In this document: in pieces, positions 35,979 to 47,000 of the stretch
Layout of the letters: each line of letters opens with the position of its first letter
How positions within the stretch are numbered: position 1 is the first letter of the stretch
Assembly: GCF_026571515.1 (NCBI RefSeq)
Contig: NW_026866730.1
Coordinates: 1 to 64,000 of the forward strand
DNA: 64,000 nucleotides
From: Ruditapes philippinarum
Taxonomy: Eukaryota
Direction: 5' to 3'
Made by a program: the position numbers and the translations under genes
Notes under the pieces: model-generated
Database searches by the model: none
Seen by the model: only the letters and a program-made list of their open reading frames with translations
What the model was told of the DNA's origin: nothing

Positions 35979-36749
35979 CAATAAATATATACGGTCATTT
36001 AGTCATGTAATGCACAAATCTGAGAAAATTCAGTAATTTAACCTTCAAGGTCAAGGTCATTAAAGAGCCCAAGTGTTTGATAAACAACAAGGTCTTGTCC
36101 TTAAGTATGTTCTGTTATAATATGAAGTTGATCCCTTCAAGAATAGCTAAGTTACAGCCAGTTACAAAACAATGAAAATTTCAATAATTTAAACTTCATT
36201 ATTGAACTTCAAAGGCAAGGTCATTAATGAGTGAAGGTCAAGGTCTCTCTGGTTATTTTTAAGGGTTATCCTTGAACATTATTATGTTTAAGTTTTAAGA
36301 CAATCCATTCAAAAATAACAAAGTTACAGCCAACAATAGCCAAAAAATGAAAATTTCAATAATTTGACCTTCAAAGTCAAGGTCATTTATGAGAGAAGGT
36401 CAAGGTCTGTCTGGTTATTTTTAAGGGATATCCTCGAAGATTATTATGTTCAAGTTTGAAGACAATCCATTCAAAAATGACAAAGTTACAGCCAATAACA
36501 GCATGAACAAGCAAAATCTGGACTTTTAACCTTGAAGGTCAAGGTCATTTATGGATGAAGGTCAAGGTTAGTGTGGTCTACTGAAAGGCCTTGTCCCAAG
36601 GGTTGTTGTGGCCAAGTATGAAAACAATACACCAAGAAATAAAAAAGTTATGATCCAGGTACAAGTTTGCGGACGGGAACGGCAACGCCGCCGCGACTAT
36701 AGCAATACCTCTACTTTTTTTTTCAAAAAAAAAAAAGTTGAGCTAAAAA
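35209..36749 (-). mobile_element. HINE-like element F carrying mixed mini/microsatellites
   Basis: Minus-strand 5' end TTTTTAGCTCAACTTTT..AAAAGTAGAGGTATTGCTATAG with a GGC/GTC microsatellite, and ~160-bp AAGGTCAAGGTCA repeats at 36030-36650. Probable 3' end AAAAGTCAAGTG..GGCGGTGGCTCTTGT at about 35211-35250; this boundary is less certain. Confidence 0.65.
35357..35965. repeat. 22-bp repeat (x4), then a 13-bp GTCACGTGGTGGA minisatellite (about 35 units), then (TA)n
   Basis: AAATAGAAACACGCAATTCTAT units at 35357-35446, GAGTCACGTGGT(G/A) units at 35447-35910 and (AT)n at about 35923-35960. Confidence 0.92.
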
Positions 36750-37093
36750 TGGGGCAAGACCCTTAAGACAATCTATTCAGAACACTGAAGAAACTACACG
36801 CACATCTTGCTTATAATTTTATTATTTGATAAAGATCACCATTACAAATTGATCTACACAAATATTTGTTACAAAAAATCTAAAACAAACTTCAAAATTA
36901 ATGTATTACGAAAACCGTCTCAGGTAACACCTTCTCTGAACATGACATAGTATAATAATTAACCTGATATAATGTTTTGAATGTTGTTGTTGTTAAACTT
37001 AATAAACATTAAAATTTACCAAGCTAACAGCTAAAAAAAGTAATTATCTTCAAACTCGGCAAGTACATTCAACAAAGTCAACAGTAAAAAAGT

Positions 37094-40000
37094 TTAACTA
37101 CCCTTATCGTACTTAAAATCTTCTTCTACAGTCCTATAAATAATTTTTCCAGGAATATCAAGAGGGCTAGGCTTGTGATCTGTCAGATTTGGTGCAAGAT
37201 CTATTCCATTCCTGTCACAAGGCTGAATCAAGAACATTTTCAGTATCTGTTTCAAGAGATTGTCGTTAAATCCTACAAGTTCCCCATCTTTATATTCCTC
37301 GTACAGTTTTTCACTTTCAGTTGCCCAGCAGACATTTTGAAGAGTGTTTGCTTTGTCGTCTTTCCACAGCTGTAAGGTGTTCAGCTGATATGCTGACAAT
37401 ATGAAGTTCTGACCGTCTGTCAATATGGTCTGAGTTGTGAACGGATAGGTCAGCTCCTCGTGCATGTTAAAACCTGCAAAGATATTTGCATATTTGTGCA
37501 TCATCTTGTCAAAAACCTTTTATTTCAAGTAAATTAATATCAAATATCTATATACATGTACATGTATGTGATATTTCAAGAGAACAACACCTAATTGGAG
37601 TGCAATACTTAGTCATGCTACATGTATCATAATAAAAAACTTGATATGATTCTTATCATTTCACATCTAAATAATTACATTATTTTATCTGCATTAAACC
37701 ATTAAGTTCCAGATTAAGCCTTAATAATGGTTGCTTTTTTTATTTTTACAATTGCAAATGAGTAAAAGTTTGAATAAATGAGATATATCCCCCCGTCTCA
37801 GCCATATTACAAATGTAGCAATGAAGACTCCTGTTGACAAAGATAAACATAATGCTCGAATATGCAGTGCCACTCTGCACTTTACACACATTTTCAGGAT
37901 ACCCTATCCTGACATATTTTACTTACATCAGACTGACTAGACTGTCCAGTCTTGTAACCACCTCCATGCTTGCTAATTACTAGCAATATTTTTTATAATG
38001 ATTTTTAAAGGTTGAGGAGGTCTTTTTGCAAGCCAATGTCTCATTACAAGCAAGCCAAGGTCTCCTAACAAGTCCACGAGGTCTAAAGCCAAGGTCTGTC
38101 TCTTATCAAGTCGAGGATGTCTCTTAACAAGTTGGGGCAGTATTTTCACAACTTAAAGAGGTCTCTTTACAAGCCAAAAACTCTTTAAAAGCCAAGGTCT
38201 CTTTAAAAGCCTAGGTCACTTGACAGGCAAGGTCAATTTTGAAATCAATATCTCTTAACAAGTCAATGACATCTCTTTAGAAGTCAATGTCACTTTACAA
38301 GCCAAGGGCTCTATACAAGTCAAGGATACAAATTAGTTTGTAGAGGTAGTCATCAAATACCGTATATCAGTGGTTATTCATGAGAATCTAATTTTCGCAA
38401 TATTTGCTTGCAATGAATGTCGTTGCTAAATTTTCCCGTAATTTAATACATGTTTTGCACGTTTCTGCAACTTGTTTTTTTTTATAAATTTGCTACCCAG
38501 TTTAACAGTTGTTTTTATCATACATTGTGATACATAGATATCAATGTATCAATTTCGGATAAACATGTTTATTTAGCATTAAGTGTTTTTTAAGTACATA
38601 AAAACACAGTGAGCAAACAGTTTCTCACCTTGCAAGTAGTTATACAAACATAGGCAGTTTTAATGCAACTTATGCAATTATCTGTTTACCACATACTTGT
38701 ATGCAATACATCAATAAGAAAATTGAAAACAATGTTTTACCTGTGAAAACATTAAATCTCCGGAAAAAAAGAGTGTTCTCTTTGTCCTCAGAAAAACGCG
38801 GAAAAAGAAACTGCTAAAATTAAATTCTGCTAAAATTAGATTACTGCCAAAATCGCGAAATAACCTGATATACGGTAAGTCAAGGAGGTCTCTTAGCAAG
38901 CCATGGTCTCTAAAATAGTCAAGAAAGTCTTTGTTTCTCGGATTATGTTATTATTTATTATCATATCCTAAATCTGAGCATAAATAACCGTAACATTTGC
39001 AGTGCCATCTGGTTATAGTCTGCACTGTCCACTGTTCAGATTGTACTTATTTTGAATGTTTCCCTATTAAAAATAGTTTTGTCCAGATTGAAAGTTGGAC
39101 ACATATATATAAATGTAAGATATTTAGCATGGTACAATGTAAATGTTAAAAAAAAATTCTAAAGGTTGTCTTACCTAGCATGTGGGCTTGAGCCACTGTA
39201 GACAGAAAGCCAGTGCTCATTGCATAGCCATAGTTTGCCTGTCTCCCATATGATTCACCACAAGTAATTTCTATGCGTTTCAATTTTGGATTTTTCAAGG
39301 AAATAAAACTCAAGTGGTTGAATTCATTTGTTGAACCAATGTTGTATCCTGCATGTAAATGATAGATAAATTTTAATCTGTTGGCATTTATTCATAATAA
39401 GACATAATATAATAGTAACCCTTCTCACATTATAAGATAAAAAGAAACTGATGCCTTAAAGCTTTGGATGTCATTTACCTATTGTAAAATAAATTAATAT
39501 TTTTTGCCCTTGTAAAACAAGTAGTGCAAACTTCCTTATCAAACAGTAGAAAAGTTCTAAAAAGAGGATAGTCAATAAAATCTATCCGCTTTCAAGTTGA
39601 TACCTCAAAAACATTCTGATTTATGCTCTTCACAAAAATGTGGAAATAGAAGAATGACCAAGAAAATTCTTTAACCAGAAGGATAAACAGGCCAAAGGAA
39701 CTTTGAAAAATTGATATCACCTGCCATACATGCTATAAAAAATGACTTTTTGACAGTAAAGTAACTATTCCTATTTTGGATATGTGATAATAAGAATATT
39801 CAGGGTTCTCGGGGACGCTTATTTCGGCGTCCCGGTACGCATGTTTATTACAGCTGGACGCAAATATTTCAGAACAAAGATTCCACATACGCTTAATTTT
39901 GCCTGGGGACGCATAAACATTACCGATTGTTTACAACCAGAAATACACAAATGCGTCAGCGCGTGTCAGCGTATAGGTAGGCGGTCCTATGCACATTGAC

Positions 40001-41701
40001 CCGTGAAGCGATTAGCCAATCAGCGATAACGCTTACGATCATTATTATTATATTTGTGTAGGTTTAATACTAAATTTATTGAACTTGTTGAATAAAACAG
40101 TATTATGCTTGTCAGAGGCTCAATAAATGTACTCAATAAATTTAGTTTTGAACTTATTTTGACACTCATTCAATTCTGAATATTCTATATTTTAAAGATT
40201 CCAAGATTTAAATGCCTTTTTAAAGAATATAGACTGTTAATTTAATTGTAAAAATTTAAACCATGTCATATTTATGAGCTTCATGTAATGTTATGAATAT
40301 TATTGATACATAATATGTACAGTATATAAATATGTTATTTTAATGATGAAAATAAGTAAATTTAACCTGGTCTGAATTTACGATCGACAAGTCCTCTGAA
40401 CTGACCAAGTACTCTCGGATTGTAATCTTCCATACTTGAGTACTTTAAGTTGTGGCATATTTCATCATTAGTTGGAACAAACTGCAAATAAAAATTATAT
40501 TTACAAAATGTACCTATTCTCTTACGACCCAAATAATGTTGTTCATGATCAAACTACTTACCTTTCTTTTTCTAGAAACCCGTTTAACTCATGTAATTTA
40601 TTATAAAAGAAATGAACCTTTTCAATATTATTATGTTTTGCAGGCCTATAATCTATACATATTTAAAAGGAAAAAAATTAAAATAAAAAAACATTCTCTT
40701 TAAATTCTTAGTATTATTTGCTGTACATAATGATAAGCACCACCATTTTGAATGTACATGTACATGTAACCTAATGATGCTAAATCACCGGAGTATTTGG
40801 ATAAGAGAACAATCACAACATTTGGGCTAAGAAATAATGTTGAGGTGTTCCACATTCATATAACTTTGATTAATTGAATTGTCCAGAATTTCTTTTTTCT
40901 TACCTCTGGTAATGGTTTGCTTTTCCTTAATTGGAAGTCCACTGTATGTTCTCCATAAAACTCGCTGTTATTCTGCCTCAGGTATTCTTTTCCTTTTGCA
41001 ATTCTTGGTTTTCTTCTTGGCATCTTTCTGAGAACGCCATGACGAGACCAACAAGCAGAGATTTTAACATCGGTATCAACATGACTATCAAAAATATCTT
41101 TCCTTCTGGCACTTAGTACTCCGAGCAAATTTGAAAACCAATTCAATGACAGAACATTTGAATGCTCATAATCGTATCTATGTACTAACCGATGTGGTCT
41201 ATTATGATCTCTTAATATAGCATGCTTCTTAAACCTTTCTCTGTTTAGTTCTAATTCTTGAATTATTGATTCTGAAATTATTTTTTTCAACAAACTGTCA
41301 TCAAAATGATCATCAAAAGAAAGATCATCATATAAGGCAGGTAATGAACCACGAATCATGTAAGTTTTTGTTATTTTACGCTGATATTCAAGCATGTCTG
41401 GGGTTGTGTCAAGGCTATTGTATTTCCATACTTTATGATCGCCTTTAGTTATATAATCAACTTTATCTTTGACATTTCTCAAAGCTGAAATCTTCTCCCG
41501 ATCGTTTTCCCAGAACCAGGCAAAGAGGGGCTCCATTTCTCCCCAGCTACCAGGAGGAAATTTAGGTTTGATTGGTGGATAATGTGCATCTTCGTCATAT
41601 TGATCTTGAACAGTAACTGACTGCGTGTTTCGTAAATGTCCGAGCTGAGCAAATCGAATTGTTTTGAAAATATTTGACGGTCGGCACATGAGCGCTGCCA
41701 T
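37094..41701 (-). CDS. MRPS30: Mitochondrial ribosomal protein S30 / mL65 (PDCD9 family), 4 exons, about 488 aa
   Basis: Minus-strand exons 41701-40904, 40481-40367, 39348-39175 and 37473-37094 splice in phase (798+115+174+380 nt). The N-terminus is basic and resembles a mitochondrial presequence. YPPI, PLPE|FVP and AQAHMLG|FNMHEELTYPFTTQTILTDGQNFILSAYQLNTL match the MRPS30 C-terminal signature (AQA..GF....T.PF..Q...TDG......YQLNTL). The paralog MRPL37 fits less well. Confidence 0.9.
38005..38335. repeat. Degenerate ~20-bp minisatellite (AAGCCAAGGTCTCTT) in MRPS30 intron 3
   Basis: Recurrent CAAG(C/T)CAAGGTCTCT units that resume at 38878-38930 after the MITE. Confidence 0.7.
38360..38875. 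mobile_element. Tc1/mariner-type MITE
   Basis: TIR CCGTATATCAG / CTGATATACGG flanked by TA on both sides, with further subterminal symmetry (AATCTAATTTT / AAAATTAGATT). Confidence 0.8.
40055..40190 (-). repeat. Fragment of a foldback dispersed repeat (related to 51945-52290)
   Basis: AATACTAAATTTATTGAACTTGTTG..TATTATGCTTGTCAGAGGCTC matches the reverse complement of 52000-52066. Confidence 0.7.
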
Positions 41702-41784
41702 CTTGGTTTTGGACTTGATAATTCCTGTATTGGTAAATGGTAAATTCCGGTATCCGAGATTCGGTAGTTTTACAGTGAAGAGAC

Positions 41785-42570
41785 CAAATCAAATCAAAAT
41801 TATTTATTGCCGTTATAACAAATAAACATATCACAAAAACTTAAGCTATGCACAGCTTTTTACCGACATACGTACATTTAAAACATAAAACACATAGAAG
41901 AAGCACATATTCCAACATTTTGCAAATTAATGAAAGGCAATGTTATTGCTGGTTAAAATAATTATAGTAATAAAGTGTGGGATATAGTCATTAATAGCTT
42001 TATAATAAGATGATATAAATAAATAATAATTATGACATGCTATAGATAACATCCTATTTCCTGTACTTATTAGTATATAAATATAAATAAATAAAATTAA
42101 CCATACTGCAGTACACATTAAAACTCATAAATAAATTTTAAGTTATAAAATTTAAAGGTTATGTGGAGTCTACTGATCTTGACATAGTTCTAAGAAAACT
42201 GCTTTAAAAGAAATAAAATAAAATACTGATAATTACATGTAACACAAGAGTGTGTCCACTAGTGTTAAAAGTGAAAATTTCACAAGTCAGAATTGGGAAC
42301 ATCAGATCAGCAGCCTACTGACAGAACACAAATATTGTATATTGAGCACTAACAAAAATTCAAGCCAAATTCCATGCATTTATTTAGATTTTAATTGGCC
42401 AGAATTCAATTCGAGTCTGAGCTGTTGATGAAGTGAATTCCAAAGATTTGGTGCATAGGAACGAAATGAGTTGCTGCCATAACTGGGAGTTCTTACCTGA
42501 GGAATTATATGGCTACATTTTTATACCTAAAATTGAAAGAATGAGATTTTATGTAAACAAGATTATGAAG
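41785..42570 (-). mobile_element. 5'-truncated CR1-group LINE (ORF2 C-terminus, 3' UTR, microsatellite tail)
   Basis: The minus strand translates, with one frameshift, as SFNFRYKNVA / IPQVRTPSYGSNSFRSYAPNLWNSL, a typical CR1/L2-group ORF2 C-terminus. It ends in AATAAA followed by a (TTTGA)n tail at about 41785-41807. Confidence 0.75.
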
Positions 42571-42684
42571 ATCATTTCGAAAAATTTAAGAAATATGTAA
42601 ATGTATGTTTATAATTTATAATCCATCAATACATAGACTTGTGGAATATTTGAATCAGGTCCTTGCATGATGATAACATGTTAA

Positions 42685-43098
42685 TTGTAGCAATGCATAT
42701 GACTTGATCATCCTTAACGTTAAGGCCTATGGTCTGTCCGATAACACTTGTAAACTAATGAGCAGTTATCTCAAAAAGAGGAAAAAAAGGTTAAACTTAA
42801 CCAACCAGTGGTAGGACACTATGTCTTCGCAACCCTGGTATACACCTTGCTGAAAATTACTTGCCATTGTTCTCGTCAGTTCTGTGTACAAGTCCAGAGT
42901 ATATCATTTGTAAATATCTTCTTACTGACCTGGAAAATAACATTTATGCTCATAAAATTTTAACATTCACGATTTTTTGGGGGATTTTCTTTTAATGCGA
43001 GACCCAACTTCAACAAGAAATGAGCTTTCAAAGCTTTATGATGCTGCTCAATCAACTGACACCATCATTTTAGATTTTTCCAAAGTGTTTGATACCTA
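42685..43098 (+). mobile_element. LINE reverse-transcriptase fragments
   Basis: The plus strand gives VKAYGLSDNTCKLMSSYLKKR (about 42719-42781) and CETQL...STDTIILDFSKVFDT (about 42995-43097), both non-LTR RT motifs (D.SKAFD region). Confidence 0.7.
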
Positions 43099-43240
43099 AC
43101 CTAGATCACTAAGTGAAAAAAGTGTGAATAGTATTTTGTGTTATACGCGCAAAAACATTAAACGGCTTTAGGGATAATGAAAAAAATGCTACATCCATCA
43201 TGCCCCCTAGCACCGGCTTCGGTATTTAATTTCCAACACT

Positions 43241-43313
43241 TATAAAAGTGCTGGAATCAATAATCCCGATCGAAGAACCAGCAAAATAAAGCAACACTGA
43301 AGTGAAGTACGAA
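43241..43313 (+). promoter_or_regulatory. Candidate TATA box and non-coding first exon of the SLC22-like gene
   Basis: TATAAAAG at 43241, a GTAAGT donor at 43314 and a pyrimidine-rich acceptor TTTCTCTTGTCAG ending at 43900, upstream of the ATG at 44050. Motif-only inference. Confidence 0.35.
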
Positions 43314-44049
43314 GTAAGTCTGTTGTCACTGTCCATAAGTATAAAATATTTGATAGCATCAGGATTTTTGAAGAAAAAATTAACTGTCTAAATATTTCTT
43401 AATATCATTAAAGTAAGCACAGTAAGTTGTAGAGATATTGAAATTTGCATTAACTGCTCGATTTCGTCTTCAATAATATACATGTGCAATTGGTAGTAAT
43501 CAATGAAGGGTCACGTTCAGGCACCGAATGAATAATATCGTAATATGTATATATATGTATATGAACAAACAATACACTGCTCAGATTAATCTATCTGATT
43601 GCATCCGTGTGTCAAAGTATCCAAAGAACTTGAACATCTATGCAAATTTGTTATACCGTTATATATTTACTATAGTAATATATTGATAGAGCAACTTGAT
43701 ATTCACTGTCACACACGACGTGTTTGTAATCATATTATTAAATGAAACGCCATGTCCATCTGAATGATAATATTCGAACTATATCCCAATTACGTACTTA
43801 TTTATGACATATATCTGAGATATTTATTCCGACGTGAGTTTACATTAATAGTAAATTAAAGATCTGCTTATATCCGGTTCAAAACCATTTCTCTTGTCAG
43901 TCCTTCCAGAATATATATGATCATTTCATGTGTGGCTTTTAATAATGTATCTAAGATGCTGAGACCGTGTATTTAACGTGTTACATATACACCGATCTTT
44001 TGGAAGTTTGTTTTATTGAAGTGGACTTATTTATAAATCTTGTAAAAAA

Positions 44050-47000
44050 ATGGCAATTGTAGATGTTGACCAAATTTGGCTCTCTCTTGGTCAATGGGGA
44101 TCCTACCAGAGACGACAGCTTATCGTTCTGCTTCTAGCAATATGGTCGTGTGGCTTTCACGTGCTGTCGATCGTTTTTCTTGGTAAGAAATCCAAAGTTA
44201 TGCAAACTACCCATATCATTCATCCCGATCCCTCTTTTGAAATATGCCTATATCCACGCTTCTCTTCCTCTGCTCCCATCCACATATTTTACGAGCTCCG
44301 ATATCCAATGAGTTCTATTCTTCAGTGAATCACATTGTTATCGTTATCATATTTGAGCTGTGTGAGCTATATATTTACAACTACTTTCATTGTTCACAAT
44401 TTTTTCTTATAATGACCTTCTAAGAGCTGTGTAAAATATGTGTACAAAAGAATTCCAATCTCCACATTCACATTGCTTATCGTTATCCTTATATGAGCTG
44501 TTTTGAAATACGCCTACAATCACTTGTAGTCTTCCTTGGCAGAATCCACAGAATTAGATTGAAAAAAGTAAACACAAACAAAACAATTTTTCTATATTAA
44601 TATCCAAAACTTGTTCAGAAACAAATTATAAAATAGAAATAGTACAATTAACACGTTTGATTATTGCAAAGCAATGGACATGTCTTATCACAAAATAAGA
44701 TGCTGTTTATTCAATCGTAACATTTCGGCATTTTCCGTTAAAATTCGGATCAGAGATGATTCTTGGCAATCGGCGATTTGTATTAACGATAAATTATTTC
44801 AGGTTACAGACCACAATATGAATGTAAAGAAGTTCTAAATTCCAATTCTACAGTTGCGGAAAGTTTTATGAACCAGTCTATTATTCGGGAGTATGAGAAG
44901 TGTTCGATAAAAACAACTCTAAATGACACAGGGGTGGTAACTGTAACGGAAACTGGATGCACGAATGGATGGAACTATCATGAGTTTTACGGCCAGTTTT
45001 CAAATGAAAGATCAGTTGTTTCAGAGGTAGATAACGAGTTATATTTAAATATTATATGACAATTTATGTTTATTTTATATATGCCCAAATACTTCTCCTA
45101 TCTTATGGGTTTCTCCAAATTGTGTAGTTTCAACAATATCAACTTTGACTTCATCTATGTTATAAGTAATATCAATCATCGTATAGCTTTATCAAGGTTT
45201 CAGATTTTCATCACATAAATAAAATACATGCAATCAGTTTAAGAATTAAGATATACAAATATGAATATTGATATGATCTAAAATGGTCTATAATAGGACG
45301 TGAATTTCATTTATAAGTGTTAATTGGTTTCTTCTTTCAATGTTAATTTATTCTACCAGTGGGACTTGGTATGTGAGAGAAAAGAGCTTGCAGAAGTGTC
45401 ACAGACGCTTGTTATGCTTGGACAAGGTTTCGGGGCGTTTATATTTACCAGTTTGTCTGATAGATTCGGCCGGAAGCGGATTCATATTGTCTGTCACGTG
45501 ACGTTGTTTGGAATAGCTTTGGCTACAGCGTTTGTACCAAACTTCTCTTCGTTTGCTGTAATGCGGATACTTACAGGTGGTTTCCAACAGGTAATTTCGG
45601 ACCTTCTGAAATGACACATTTGCCTTAAACCAAAATAAGTCATTTTCTGATCAAACTGTTTCTGAAGACGTACAAAAACTACTAAACTAATGACACTCCC
45701 AAAATTGACATACATGTAATAATTGTAATGATAATTTCCAGCGCTTTTCCGATTCAAATTTCTGTAACTTTTATCATATACCGTAATTTAAACACCACAT
45801 ATCTGCTAAGGTGTTAGATATACTTATTGTCATCCCAACAACTGGCAGCGCCTCAGCACTATATGCCAGTCCAATGGTTGACAATATTCATTATTACCCG
45901 AACAGTTTATGTGTTACTAGTATTTATGTTTTATCATACCGAATAGTTGCATATGGAGGGTAATATAAGAAATATGTCCCCCAAGGAATATTCTCTTTAA
46001 GAGTGACATTCATATGTGACTAAGGGTGATATAAGAAATATTCCTAGAGACTGCGGATATTTTCTGCAAGGATGATACTCAACAATCAGAGAGCATCATA
46101 GGCCTATGGGAGTTTTACATTGAAGGATGTAACGACGTATAATAATATAAAATATCCAGTCTTCGAGACAGATTCCTGACATTTATGAAAATAAGAAAAT
46201 GACAATAACTCCTACCACGTGTATATTTATTTGCACTGGACTAATCCACTTATTCTCAACATTATACAATGCAACCTTCATATAAGATCAGCCATTGAAC
46301 ATCAATATTTTCATTTCTTTTCAAAGTAAGACTTTGCAATTTATAAGTTTAACCTCTTTATAGCTAAATCATTCAGTATGATATATCAACCAAATTTAAG
46401 GCTGCTGTTCTACAAAGGCTTTACTGTTATAATATGAAACAAAGAATTTAAAACCTTTTATTTCGAAAGTAACATGGTAGAAACATGATGATAAAATTGC
46501 ATTTTTTGTCATTTATGGATTAACGCTGTTGAAAATAACAGTGACAGTTAGATTGCGAATATTGTATTAATAGCTCTAGATAGGGTTCTCAAACTATTAA
46601 CTTATTTTTATTTAAGTTATCTTAGTTTTTATTCTCAACTGCAGACGTAATGCTTAACAATATTTTTGTTCAAAGGGTACAGGACTTACAATTGCCATAT
46701 TGAATCTTGAAATAATGCCAAAAGGAGTGCGTGGTTATGTTGAAGTATTTGGTCTTCTGTTCTGGACAACGGGTATAGCTATCATTACACCGGTCGCCTA
46801 TATATTCCGGAACATGTCATGGCGTCACTTCCAGACGTGTTTGGCCTGTTTATCAGCTTGGGCTCTCATCGAATGGTGGTAAGTTATTTCAACTGTTCTA
46901 TACTCATACACATTTTTAAAGAGTTTTAACATAAGTGATACTTAAGCTATGTGGTTCCTGCTACAGATTACATTTCTTTAACAGTGTTTAAAGCCTATGT

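Noticed and set aside
35750-36010. Trp/Gly/Val-rich 86-aa ORF
   Set aside because: It is a translation of the 13-bp minisatellite and (TA)n.
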